Source of the DNA: Elusimicrobiales bacterium | GTDB taxonomy: Bacteria; Elusimicrobiota; Elusimicrobia; Elusimicrobiales; UBA9959 | Assembly (NCBI GenBank): GCA_038204165.1 | Contig: JBBRDG010000004.1 | Span: forward strand, 4,330-68,329 | DNA length: 64,000 nucleotides | Reading direction: 5' to 3' | In this document: positions 1-8,835 of the stretch, one piece after another | Layout: the number at the start of each line of letters is the position of its first letter | Position numbering within the stretch: position 1 is the stretch's first letter | Notes under the pieces: generated by a model | The model's input: only the letters and a program-made list of their open reading frames with translations | Databases searched by the model: none | Told to the model about the DNA's origin: nothing | Translations under genes and position numbers: made by a program

Positions 1-122
1 CCCTGCCGGCCTTTGTTACGCCCGCCGTGCTGAAAGTGCTGGTGGAGAAGTTCAACATCATGCCGGTAACCACGGCAGAGAAGGACCTGGAAACCATACT
101 CGGCGCGAAAGCGGCGAAATAA
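1..122 (+). CDS. hcp: hybrid-cluster protein / hydroxylamine reductase, C-terminal fragment (5' end outside window)
   Basis: Frame 3 is open from the window edge and reads LPAFVTPAVLKVLVEKFNIMPVTTAEKDLETILGAKAAK, then TAA at 120-122. From memory this resembles the conserved Hcp C-terminal tail. It is absent from the ORF track because no start codon lies in the window. Confidence 0.5.
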   Translation, partial: LPAFVTPAVLKVLVEKFNIMPVTTAEKDLETILGAKAAK

Positions 123-210
123 GCAGAAGACCGGCGCAGGCGCGCTTCAGCCCCAGGCTGGGGCGCGCCGACCGGGACTAACCCGGACGAAATAGGATAC
201 TAAGGAAATT

Positions 211-552
211 ATGAAACTGCTCAAAGTAATAAAAGAAGACTTAAGAGGCAAGCCGTTAAAAGCAAAGGATCTGGTAGGTTACGATAAAGGTGCCGTGGTA
301 AGCCGCACCATTCTGGAGAAGAAAACCGGCACGGTAACCATCTTCTCGTTCGACAAGGGCCAGGGCCTTAGCGAACATACCGCCCCCTTTGACGCCATGG
401 TGGAGATCCTGGACGGCGAAGCCGAAATCCGCATTGCGGGCAAACCGCATAAAGTAAAAGCCGGAGAATTCATTATAATGCCGGCCGGTAAGCCGCATTC
501 GCTCAAGGCCATTAAGAAATTTAAAATGGCCCTTATTATGATCAGGGCCTGA
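211..552 (+). CDS. cupin-domain protein
   Basis: 113 aa. GLSEHTAPFDAMVEILDGEAEIRIAGKPHKVKAGEFIIMPAGKPHSL fits the two-motif cupin_2 beta-barrel pattern. AGGA-type RBS (ctaaggaaatt) precedes the ATG. Confidence 0.7.
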   Translation: MKLLKVIKEDLRGKPLKAKDLVGYDKGAVVSRTILEKKTGTVTIFSFDKGQGLSEHTAPFDAMVEILDGEAEIRIAGKPHKVKAGEFIIMPAGKPHSLKAIKKFKMALIMIRA

Positions 553-602
553 AACCCGGGCGGCCGGTAATATAACCCGGCCGCTTAATTGTAAAATAAA
601 GC

Positions 603-1523
603 ATGCTCAAAGCATTATCCTCTCTGAGGCTGTTCTTCTTTATCTGCGCCCTGCTGGCGGCCGCTTTTATTTATCAGACCCTCTTCAACAGGGGCCTGCC
701 TATATACGGCACAGCCTGGTTCGCTGTTTTGGGCATTACGCTCGCCGTCAACATAGCGGCCTGCACCCTGCGCAGGCTTAACAAAGCCTCCCTTCATTTT
801 ATTCTGATGCACGCGGGGCTGGTCATAATAATAGCGGGCGCCTTTGCCACCCGCTATTACCGTTTTGAAGCGCAGCTGCCCCTGCACGCGGGAGCAGCCG
901 AAGACCTGGCGCACACGGAAACCGCCGCCTACAAACTCCCCTTCGCCGTGGAACTAAAGAGTTTCCGGCTTGAATACTATGCCGAGCCGCAGGGATTGAT
1001 AACTGTAGAGGAGAACGGACGCTCCCAAAGTTTTGCGGCCAAAGAGGGCGCCGTCTTCAGCCTCGCCGGAGGAGCAAAACTAAAAGTGCTCCGCGTAGTC
1101 AGGGACTTCGGCCTTAAGGCGGGTAATGAAGTGGTGGAGAAATCCCCCTACTGGAACAATCCGGCGGTCCGCCTGGAAATAGCCCTGGCGGGAAAGAAGC
1201 AAGCGCTCTGGTTCTTCAGCAATTTCCCGGGCATGCACGGGGTAGACCTGCCCTTCCGGGTGGCTTACAGCCTGGAACACGCGGAGATAAAGAACTATTA
1301 CAGTACCGTAAAAATACTGTCCGAAACCGGGCCTGAAGTAAACGCGGAGATAGGCGTGAACAAACCTTTAAAATACGGCGCCTATACCCTTTATCAAACC
1401 AGCTACGATCCTTCCGACGCGGAGTACACGCTGCTGACCATAACTATGGACCGCGGCGTGTGGGTGGTTTACCTCGGCTTTGCCTTATTTCTTACCGGGA
1501 TACTCTTATGGCTGCGCAAATAA
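603..1523 (+). CDS. ccsB: cytochrome c biogenesis protein, ResB/CcsB-like (short form)
   Basis: 306 aa with N-terminal TM helices, an extracytoplasmic middle and a C-terminal TM. It overlaps the ccsA start by 16 nt. The assignment rests mainly on topology and context. Confidence 0.6.
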   Translation: MLKALSSLRLFFFICALLAAAFIYQTLFNRGLPIYGTAWFAVLGITLAVNIAACTLRRLNKASLHFILMHAGLVIIIAGAFATRYYRFEAQLPLHAGAAEDLAHTETAAYKLPFAVELKSFRLEYYAEPQGLITVEENGRSQSFAAKEGAVFSLAGGAKLKVLRVVRDFGLKAGNEVVEKSPYWNNPAVRLEIALAGKKQALWFFSNFPGMHGVDLPFRVAYSLEHAEIKNYYSTVKILSETGPEVNAEIGVNKPLKYGAYTLYQTSYDPSDAEYTLLTITMDRGVWVVYLGFALFLTGILLWLRK

Positions 1524-2278
1524 TACTGATAAACACTTCCTTCGCATTTTCAATAGCCGCGCTGGCTGTTTTTACCACCGGCTATGTCTTTAAGAAACCC
1601 CGCCTGGAGCGCATAAGCCAGGTTTCTTTGGGCCTGGCCTGGCTTTCTTTGACGTGCGGACTGGGCGTCCTTTGGGTTAGCCTGGGCCGCCCCCCGCTCT
1701 CCAACCAGTATGAATCACTGCTTACTTTGATCTGGTTTATCTTCCCTCTTTCATTTTACATTCACCGCAAAACCTCCAAGCGCGAAATCTTCCCCGCCGC
1801 GGCGCTGGCTTCCTGCCTTCTTTTCGGCGCGGCCGCCCTGCTGGATAAAACCGCGCACCCGCTTATGCCGGCGCTGCGCTCGGACTGGCTGATCATCCAC
1901 GTCTTATCCTCGATGGCGGCTTATGCCGCTTTCGCCCTGGCCGCCGCGGCGGCTGGCTGGGCCTTGTTTAAAAGACAGGCTGAAGGCGCGGAAGATTTTT
2001 TACTGCGCCTGGCCAAAACAGGCTTTGCCTTTCTGACGCTGGGAATAATTACCGGGTCGGTGTGGGCCAACACCGCCTGGGGCGCCTGGTGGAGCTGGGA
2101 CCCTAAAGAGACCTGGTCGCTGCTGACCTGGCTGGCCTATGCGGTGGCGCTGCACCTGCGCAAGAAAGGTTTCCGGGGGAATAAATTTTCCACAATGCTG
2201 CTGATTTGTTTTGCGCTTGTGTTGTTCACCTATTTCGGGGTAAACTTTCTACTTAGCGGCATGCACAGTTACGGCTAA
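1508..2278 (+). CDS. ccsA: cytochrome c-type biogenesis protein CcsA (System II heme handling)
   Basis: Trp-rich WWD-type motif WGAWWSWDPKETWSL with flanking His residues; polytopic membrane protein. ATG at 1508 is preferred over the GTG at 1460 used by the ORF track. Confidence 0.85.
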   Translation: MAAQIILINTSFAFSIAALAVFTTGYVFKKPRLERISQVSLGLAWLSLTCGLGVLWVSLGRPPLSNQYESLLTLIWFIFPLSFYIHRKTSKREIFPAAALASCLLFGAAALLDKTAHPLMPALRSDWLIIHVLSSMAAYAAFALAAAAAGWALFKRQAEGAEDFLLRLAKTGFAFLTLGIITGSVWANTAWGAWWSWDPKETWSLLTWLAYAVALHLRKKGFRGNKFSTMLLICFALVLFTYFGVNFLLSGMHSYG

Positions 2279-2281
2279 AGA

Positions 2282-2788
2282 ATGGACCGAAAACAACTCT
2301 ACTCCAGGGCGAAAGGCTTAGCGGTGAAATACCGGACACAGCTGCTACAGGCGGGCTTGGCCGGCTTTTTTCTGGCCTCGGCTGGTGTCTTTATGCTTTT
2401 TGGGCCGCCTAAAATGATAGAGCTTACCGAAAGCCCGGAGTTCTGCGCCAAATGCCATACCAGCCAGAACGGCGACTGGCTCCACTCCGCCCACCGCGGG
2501 GAGAAATGCATAGACTGCCACCTGCCCAACAATAATTTTGCGAACCACTACCTGTGGAAATCCATCGACGGCGGCAAAGATCTGTTCTTCGAATTTTCCC
2601 GCCTGGGGGACGGCAACAACACTGAACTTACCGAGCACGGCAAGCAGGTACTGCAGGCGAACTGCATCCGCTGCCACACCGACATGGTTTCACATATAAA
2701 CAATAAGCGCAGCTGCATAGACTGCCACCGCACACTAATTCACCGCCGCACGGCGCTTACGCTTACAAGAGAGGAAATGAAAAAATGA
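2282..2788 (+). CDS. nrfH: tetraheme quinol dehydrogenase NrfH (NapC/NirT family)
   Basis: 168 aa with an N-terminal membrane anchor and four CXXCH motifs (CAKCH, CIDCH, CIRCH, CIDCH). 4-nt overlap with nrfA. Confidence 0.85.
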   Translation: MDRKQLYSRAKGLAVKYRTQLLQAGLAGFFLASAGVFMLFGPPKMIELTESPEFCAKCHTSQNGDWLHSAHRGEKCIDCHLPNNNFANHYLWKSIDGGKDLFFEFSRLGDGNNTELTEHGKQVLQANCIRCHTDMVSHINNKRSCIDCHRTLIHRRTALTLTREEMKK

Positions 2789-4230
2789 AAAAGTTATTAA
2801 TACTCCCGCTCATAACTTTCGCCGCCGTCTTTTCGGCCTGCTCCAAACAGCCGGAACCAATACGGGTTTCCGAAATAAAGGCCGGCGAATATGAGCCCAA
2901 AGAATGGGGTAAAAATTTCCCGCGTGAATACGAGGGCTGGAAGGCCACCGGGGATCCGGAACCTGCCGGCAAGAGCAAATACAAGCGCGGCTCCGAGGTG
3001 GGCGGCAAGGTTTACGACAAGCTTTCCGAATACCCGTACCTGGCGCTGCTGTTCAACGGCTGGGCCTTTGGGACGGAATATAATGAGCCCCGTGGTCACA
3101 TGCATATGATGGACGATGTGCTGGATGTGGATTCCGGGCGGCGCAAGTCCGGAGGGGCCTGCCTAACCTGCAAAACGCCGTACGCGCAGGAACTGCAGGA
3201 GAAACTTGGCAAAGACTATTTCTCAAAACCCTTCGCCGAGATCCACGCGCTGATCCCCAAGAACCACCAGAAGCTGGGCGCCGCCTGCATCCATTGCCAT
3301 GACCCCGCGGACATGTCGCTGAAGATACACAATGATTTTACGCTTGGCAAAGCCCTCCGGTCCATGGGCGTGGATACCGCCAAACTTTCAACGCAGGAAA
3401 TGCGCACGCTGGTCTGCGCGCAGTGCCATGTTACCTATGTAGTGAAGAAAGACAAGGACATGCATTCGGAGAATGTATTCTTCCCCTGGAAGAATTCGAA
3501 AACGGGGCATATAGCCGTGGAAGACGTCATAAAGACGATAAAGAGCGATCCGTCGCACCTTGAATGGACCCAGGCCGTAACAGGGTTTAAACTTGGTTTT
3601 GTACGCCATCCGGAATACGAACTGTATTCCAATAACAGCACCCACTGGCAGGCCGGGCTGGCCTGCGCCGACTGCCATATGCCGTATGTGCGCTCCGGCG
3701 CTTATAAGATTTCGGACCACCGGATTATGAGCCCCCTGAAGAACGACATGAAGGCCTGCATGCAGTGCCATGTAGAGGGCGCGGACTGGCTTAAGGCCCG
3801 CGTAATCAGCATCCAGGACAGGACCGCCTCCCTGCTGCTGCGCGCCGGCTACGGTACGGCTACCGCGGCCAAGCTCTTTGAAAAAGCCAACGCGGCGCAG
3901 AAGGCCGGCAAAAAAATAGATCCGGCGCTTTACGCTAAAGCCAAAGATTACTACGAGGAAGCCTTCTACCGTACGGCCTTTATAGGCGCCGAAAACTCCA
4001 CCGGGTTCCATAACCCTACCGAAACCATGCGCGTGCTGGGCGACGCCGTCTCCTTCTCCGGTAAATCCGAGGCGCTGCTCCGGCAGGCCCTGGCGCAGGC
4101 CGGGGTTAGCGTGCCCGCGAAAATAGACCTTGAACTGCCCAAGTACCTCAACAACCGCGGCACAAAGAAACTAAACTTCGACAAGTCCGTGGAATACAAA
4201 GACCCGTTCGGCAACCAGGAAAAACTGTAA
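2785..4230 (+). CDS. nrfA: pentaheme cytochrome c nitrite reductase NrfA
   Basis: 481 aa with a lipoprotein-like signal (VFSAC). CLTCK is the diagnostic CXXCK active-site heme motif; four CXXCH follow (CIHCH, CAQCH, CADCH, CMQCH). Confidence 0.93.
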   Translation: MKKLLILPLITFAAVFSACSKQPEPIRVSEIKAGEYEPKEWGKNFPREYEGWKATGDPEPAGKSKYKRGSEVGGKVYDKLSEYPYLALLFNGWAFGTEYNEPRGHMHMMDDVLDVDSGRRKSGGACLTCKTPYAQELQEKLGKDYFSKPFAEIHALIPKNHQKLGAACIHCHDPADMSLKIHNDFTLGKALRSMGVDTAKLSTQEMRTLVCAQCHVTYVVKKDKDMHSENVFFPWKNSKTGHIAVEDVIKTIKSDPSHLEWTQAVTGFKLGFVRHPEYELYSNNSTHWQAGLACADCHMPYVRSGAYKISDHRIMSPLKNDMKACMQCHVEGADWLKARVISIQDRTASLLLRAGYGTATAAKLFEKANAAQKAGKKIDPALYAKAKDYYEEAFYRTAFIGAENSTGFHNPTETMRVLGDAVSFSGKSEALLRQALAQAGVSVPAKIDLELPKYLNNRGTKKLNFDKSVEYKDPFGNQEKL

Positions 4231-4239
4231 GGAGAAACT

Positions 4240-5394
4240 ATGGGCGCCTATCCTGACAAGAAAAAAATATTAAAAGAGATACTTAAAAAATTACACGGCG
4301 GCCTGGCGCTGGAGGAAGCGAAGCGGCTCTTTGAAACTGAAATAGGCCAAGTTACTTCCAACGAGATCTTTGAACTGGAACAGTCCCTGCTGGCCGACGG
4401 CGTGCCGGCGGAAGAAATAAAAAAATTCTGCAACGTGCACGCGCTGCTGTTCGCGGGCGGTCTGGAGAAGGCCATGGAGGACCCCGCGTCAACTTCGCAT
4501 CCGGTATCCCTTTTCAAGGCTGAGAACGCAGAGATTAAGCGCCGCGTAGACGCCGCCTTGGCCCTACTGCCCTCGCTGAAAGCGGGAAAAAGCGCGGACT
4601 GGGTAAAGAACCTGCTGGAAGAACTGCGGGCGGTAAACATTCACTATGAGCGCAAGGAGCAGTTGCTTTTTCCATATCTGGAAAAAGTAGGCTTTACCGG
4701 GCCTTCAAAAGTGATGTGGGGCAAGCATAACGAAATCCGCGAAATGTTAAAAAAAGCCAGTAGCGCCGCCCCGGTGGAATTCCCGGCGGCGGCGCAGGCC
4801 CTGCTGGAAGAAATAGACGGCATGATCTTCAAAGAAGAGAATATTCTCTTTCCGGCGGCCCTTGAAAAATTAAAACCCGGGGATTGGGCCGGGATCTTTC
4901 GCGACAGCGCGCAAGCCGGCTATATCTTTATCGAACCTCCGGCTGCGGTTGCCGAAGCCCTGGATATAGCCCAAAACACGGCCGCCCTTTCCGGCGCCGT
5001 AGTTTCGCTGCCCAGCGGGAATCTTAACCTTACCGAACTTACCTCCCTGCTAAACACCCTGCCCGTCGACCTTACCTTTGTGGATGCGGAAGACACCGTG
5101 CGCTACTTCTCCGAGGGCAAAGACAGGTTCTTTCTGCGGGCCCGCGCCATTATAGGCCGCAAGGTGCAGAACTGCCACCCGCCGCAAAGCCTGGGGGCCG
5201 TGGAAAAAATTCTTGCCGCCTTCAAAGACGGTTCCAAAAGCACAGAAGAATTCTGGATAAATCTGAAAGGCCGAACCGTCCACATCCGCTACTTCGCCCT
5301 GCGCGGCCCGGACGGCAAGTATCTGGGTTCCCTGGAAGTAACGCAGGACATAACGGACATACAGAAAATAAAAGGCGAAAAAAGGCTGGCATAA
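4240..5394 (+). CDS. DUF438 / hemerythrin-like / PAS-domain protein
   Basis: 384 aa. The N-terminus (ILKKLHGG...EAKRLFE...EQSLLADGVP) is DUF438-like. The middle has H/E-rich hemerythrin-like helices (HYERKEQLLFPYLE...WGKHNEIREML). The C-terminus has a PAS-like fold (LTFVDAEDTVRYFSEG...CHPP). Confidence 0.65.
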   Translation: MGAYPDKKKILKEILKKLHGGLALEEAKRLFETEIGQVTSNEIFELEQSLLADGVPAEEIKKFCNVHALLFAGGLEKAMEDPASTSHPVSLFKAENAEIKRRVDAALALLPSLKAGKSADWVKNLLEELRAVNIHYERKEQLLFPYLEKVGFTGPSKVMWGKHNEIREMLKKASSAAPVEFPAAAQALLEEIDGMIFKEENILFPAALEKLKPGDWAGIFRDSAQAGYIFIEPPAAVAEALDIAQNTAALSGAVVSLPSGNLNLTELTSLLNTLPVDLTFVDAEDTVRYFSEGKDRFFLRARAIIGRKVQNCHPPQSLGAVEKILAAFKDGSKSTEEFWINLKGRTVHIRYFALRGPDGKYLGSLEVTQDITDIQKIKGEKRLA

Positions 5395-5395
5395 T

Positions 5396-5626
5396 ATGGC
5401 TGAAAGAACAGTAGATCTAGACAAAACGCTTTACGACCTTACCACGCAATACCCCGAGCTGATAGACGTGCTGTTCGACCTTGGTTTCGCAGGGGTAAAG
5501 AACCCCGCAATGCGCGAAGGGCACGGTAAACAGATGACCCTGAAGACAGGCTGCGCACATCTCGGCTTGGACCTTGAAAAGATTGCCACGGCGCTGCGCG
5601 CGAAGGGCTTTGAATTAAAAGCCTGA
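5396..5626 (+). CDS. DUF1858-domain protein
   Basis: 76 aa. TLYDLTTQYPELIDVLFDLGF is the DUF1858/ScdA_N-like helical motif. It starts 1 nt after the DUF438 gene stop. Confidence 0.6.
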   Translation: MAERTVDLDKTLYDLTTQYPELIDVLFDLGFAGVKNPAMREGHGKQMTLKTGCAHLGLDLEKIATALRAKGFELKA

Positions 5627-5671
5627 AACCTGTTCGGGGTAAGGCCTGAAATACACGCATAACAGACGAGG

Positions 5672-6427
5672 TTACAAACTTGCCCCGCAGGCGGGGCAGG
5701 GGCGCAGGGACGGCGGAGCTTCCAGATTACAGCGCTCCAGCAGGTCGGCCCTGCGGAAGACTTCCTCGGTATGACCGTCGGCGGCTACGGCGCCTTGGTG
5801 CAGTACTATGGTGCGCGCGCACACCTCGAGAGCGAAGTCCAGATCGTGCGTTGCAATAACTTTGGTGTGCGAAAAAGTCTTAAGCAGGCCAATCAGCCTC
5901 CGCCGCGACTTAGGGTCCAGTCCCGCTGTCGGCTCATCCATAACAAGTATATCCGGTTCCATGGCCAGCACGCCGGCAATGGCGGCGGCGCGCTTCTCTC
6001 CCTGCGAAAGCCTGTATGGCGGACGGGACTTAAGGTGCGGCATCCCCACAGTTTCCAGCGCCCGCATAACCTTGGGGTCAAGTTCCCCCTCCGGCACTCC
6101 AAGATTAAGCAGCCCGAAAGCCACATCGTCAAAAACGGTCGGCATGAAGAGTTGGTCGTCCGGGTTCTGGAATAGCATACCCACCGAGCGCCGCACGGCA
6201 GGCAGATTATCCTTATTGACCGGCAGCCCGCCCACAGAAAGCGCCCCGCCGGAGGGAAAAAGGCAGCCTGTAAAATGCTGCAGCAGCGTGGATTTGCCTG
6301 CCCCGTTCTCCCCCACCAGCGCGACGGATTCGCCATGCGCAATGCGGAAAGAAACGCCGCCTAGCGCCTTGGTGCCGTCCGGGTAGGAATAGTGCAAGTC
6401 TCTGGCGTCTACGATGTGATGGCTCAT
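5672..6427 (-). CDS. ECF-type metal transporter ATPase (CbiO/NikO)
   Basis: Walker A GENGAGKST, signature LSQGEKRA, Walker B ILVMDEP. Last gene of the M-Q-O set. Confidence 0.9.
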   Translation of the reverse strand: MSHHIVDARDLHYSYPDGTKALGGVSFRIAHGESVALVGENGAGKSTLLQHFTGCLFPSGGALSVGGLPVNKDNLPAVRRSVGMLFQNPDDQLFMPTVFDDVAFGLLNLGVPEGELDPKVMRALETVGMPHLKSRPPYRLSQGEKRAAAIAGVLAMEPDILVMDEPTAGLDPKSRRRLIGLLKTFSHTKVIATHDLDFALEVCARTIVLHQGAVAADGHTEEVFRRADLLERCNLEAPPSLRPCPACGASL

Positions 6428-6428
6428 T

Positions 6429-7232
6429 TTATCTTCCTGTAAGCAGATTTCCGAGAATCAGCGGGATATTTACCAGCCGGAAGAGCGTGAACGCGGCCGC
6501 CCAGCCGAGAACAAAAACCGCTTCGCGGCGTCCGAAAGCCGAAAATCTTAAGACCTTGATATGGCCGTGGAAGCCGCGGGCCAGCATGGCAAGGTAGATG
6601 CGCTCGGCCCGCTCAACAGCGCGCAGCAGCAGGTGACCTATAAGCTGGGTAAAGACCTTAAGGCCCATAGCCCCCCCCCGCGCGCGCAGCGAGCGCGCCC
6701 GGGCCATGCGCGCGGCCTCTCCGGTAAGGACGGACAAGAACCTGTTTAAAAACAGGAGCTGGATTACAAAAGGTTTGGGCACATGGAACCGCGTAAGCGC
6801 CTCGCAAATGGCGTTTAAGCCGGTCAGCGAAACCAGCGCCAGCGCCGCGGAAACAGTCAGCGCGAAGCGGAGCAATATAGAAACAAAAGAAACCCATCCC
6901 CCGCTTACAGCCAGCGGCCCCAGGTTAAACAGCGTGTGCCGGTCCAGCGCCGGGTTAAGGATTCCTACAAATACGGCGAAGGGAGAGACCAGCAATACTT
7001 TCTTTGCCAGGTAGCCGGCGGGCAGTTCCCCCGCCGCTATCAGGAATACCGGGTACAGGAAGAACGGGGCCAGCGCGGAAACTTCGTATTTATTAAACGA
7101 AACCACCGCTACTATAAAAAGCAGCGTGGTTAAGAGCTTGGCCCGCGCGTCCAGCCTGTGCAGCGGGCTTGAGCCCGCGGCCAGGGTGTCCATGCAGCCG
7201 ATGTCGAAATAAGTTGCGGCGAGGTTATCCAT
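6429..7232 (-). CDS. ECF transporter T component (CbiQ/NikQ)
   Basis: 267 aa polytopic protein with an ARG-rich cytoplasmic loop (ARARSLRARGG) typical of CbiQ. Abuts both neighbours with gaps of 1 nt or less. Confidence 0.8.
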   Translation of the reverse strand: MDNLAATYFDIGCMDTLAAGSSPLHRLDARAKLLTTLLFIVAVVSFNKYEVSALAPFFLYPVFLIAAGELPAGYLAKKVLLVSPFAVFVGILNPALDRHTLFNLGPLAVSGGWVSFVSILLRFALTVSAALALVSLTGLNAICEALTRFHVPKPFVIQLLFLNRFLSVLTGEAARMARARSLRARGGAMGLKVFTQLIGHLLLRAVERAERIYLAMLARGFHGHIKVLRFSAFGRREAVFVLGWAAAFTLFRLVNIPLILGNLLTGR

Positions 7233-8303
7233 TTATTGCACTGCAGCCTTCCTGCGTTTAAGGAAAAAGCCGGTAAGTCCCGCCAACACAAGAGTAAGCA
7301 AGCCGCCCACCAGCCCGGCGACCGAAGTGCCCGCGTTCACCGCCGGCCAAGCCGGCGAGGGTTCATCTTTAAACCAGGGTGCGCCCGCGGGATCCACACC
7401 GCCGGCGGGGTCACGTTTCGTCTCGGCTTTTTTAAACCCGTAGTCAGGAAGAAAAGCGGTCTTCGCCTGCAGCGAGGCCAGCAGGCCGTGCAGCCTGCCG
7501 GGGGTTTCCAGTTCTTCCCTGCCGGAAGCCTTAGACATGGACCACTCAAGCCCGTCGGGATTAGCCGAGGCTAGCCAGCTCAACACCATGCCGGTTACAA
7601 TTGCCGCTGCGGCCAGCCCCAGGACTGTTTTTTTAACGTTCACACCTATCGGAGTGCGCTGGGCGGCGGCTGCCAGAATTTCAGGCCGCGCCTTAATCAT
7701 AAACGAGACCAAGCCCGCCGTAACCAGTCCCTCTACCAGACCTATAGCCAGATGTATCGGCTGCATCAGCAGCACGAAGGTTTTGAACGGCAATTCGGAA
7801 ATGCCTGAGGTTATCGTTTCCATAACCACGGCAAAGGCCCCGAACTGCAAACCTATTACCGCGGCCAGAGTAGCACCCAGCATCACTCGTTTTATGTCCC
7901 GGCTCCCGCCGGTAATTTTCCTATATATCAACGGGTAGGCCACAAAGCAGGTGAAAAAACCCATATTCAGCATATTGCAGCCAAGGGCAAGCAGCCCGCC
8001 GTCAGCGAAGAACAGGGCCTGAACGGTCAACACAGACGCTATTACGAGGAACGCCGCGTAAGGGCCGAGCAGGATGGAAAGTATCATGCCGCCGCCAATA
8101 TGGCCGCTGGAGCCGGTAGCGGGAATGGTGAAGTTAATCATCTGCGCGGCAAAGATGAACGCGCCCAGCACGCCCATAAGAGGGATCTTCCTGTCATCCG
8201 CCTCTTCTTTAACTTTCCTGGCGCTGTAGGCGATAAGCCCACCCGAGACGACCCACATTGCCCCCCCGACTGACGGGGAGATTAAAGCGTCTGCCATGTG
8301 CAT
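7233..8303 (-). CDS. ECF metal-binding S component, CbiM/NikM fused to an N-like C-terminal PDGLE domain
   Basis: The N-terminus MHMADALIS keeps the Met1-His2 metal-ligand motif of CbiM/NikM. The C-terminal extension contains NPDGLEWS (PDGLE domain) and a final TM helix. Confidence 0.8.
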   Translation of the reverse strand: MHMADALISPSVGGAMWVVSGGLIAYSARKVKEEADDRKIPLMGVLGAFIFAAQMINFTIPATGSSGHIGGGMILSILLGPYAAFLVIASVLTVQALFFADGGLLALGCNMLNMGFFTCFVAYPLIYRKITGGSRDIKRVMLGATLAAVIGLQFGAFAVVMETITSGISELPFKTFVLLMQPIHLAIGLVEGLVTAGLVSFMIKARPEILAAAAQRTPIGVNVKKTVLGLAAAAIVTGMVLSWLASANPDGLEWSMSKASGREELETPGRLHGLLASLQAKTAFLPDYGFKKAETKRDPAGGVDPAGAPWFKDEPSPAWPAVNAGTSVAGLVGGLLTLVLAGLTGFFLKRRKAAVQ

Positions 8304-8324
8304 TTTGTAGCGGCCTCCGTGCCA

Positions 8325-8351
8325 TTAATATACATTACGTGTTACTATTAA
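8325..8351. promoter_or_regulatory. inverted repeat TTAATA-N15-TATTAA between nikR and nikMN (candidate NikR operator)
   Basis: Read directly in the 56-nt nikR-nikMN spacer. It is an AT-rich dyad in an otherwise GC-rich region. The operator role is inference only. Confidence 0.3.
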
Positions 8352-8359
8352 ATAAAAAA

Positions 8360-8770
8360 TTATTTCCCCGCGCTGGTAACGCTGAGCGTAGCGTGTTTTA
8401 CGCCCTTTATGGATTTAAGGGAATCGGCCAGCTCTTTAACTTTGGAGGCCGGGCCTTTTACGGCTATAATCTCAAGGCAGTTGTCATGGTCCAGATGCAC
8501 ATGCTGCGCGGAAATTATAGTGTGGCCGTAATCATGCTGAATATCCAGCAGCTTATTTACGACTTCGCTCCGGTGGTGGTCGTAAACAATGGTTACAGCC
8601 CCCGCCACGTTCCCTCCCTTAGTGAAAACATCCGTAACGAACTCTTTGCGGATCAGGTCCGCTATGGCCTTGGAGCGGTTGTCGCAGCCTGCCGCGCCGA
8701 TATGGGCGTCAAAACGCCGGAGGAGTTCCCCCTCCAGCGAGACGCCGAACCTGATAAGTTTGTTTACCAT
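8360..8770 (-). CDS. nikR: nickel-responsive regulator NikR
   Basis: 136 aa. N-terminal ribbon-helix-helix (IRFGVSLEGELLRRFD) and a C-terminal ACT-like metal domain with an HxxH-type His cluster (YDHHRSE...HDYGH...HVHLDHDNC). Confidence 0.85.
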   Translation of the reverse strand: MVNKLIRFGVSLEGELLRRFDAHIGAAGCDNRSKAIADLIRKEFVTDVFTKGGNVAGAVTIVYDHHRSEVVNKLLDIQHDYGHTIISAQHVHLDHDNCLEIIAVKGPASKVKELADSLKSIKGVKHATLSVTSAGK

Positions 8771-8835
8771 TAGTGTTATCTTAAAAACTATAGTAGCACT
8801 TCGCCGAGTTCGGCCTCAAGCGCTTACGGTTAAAT

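Noticed and set aside
138-170. GC-rich palindrome GGCGCGC...CCCCAGGCTGGGG...GCGCGCC after hcp, considered as a regulatory element
   Set aside because: It is probably just a U-tract-less terminator or stability hairpin between hcp and the cupin gene. Nothing distinguishes it further.
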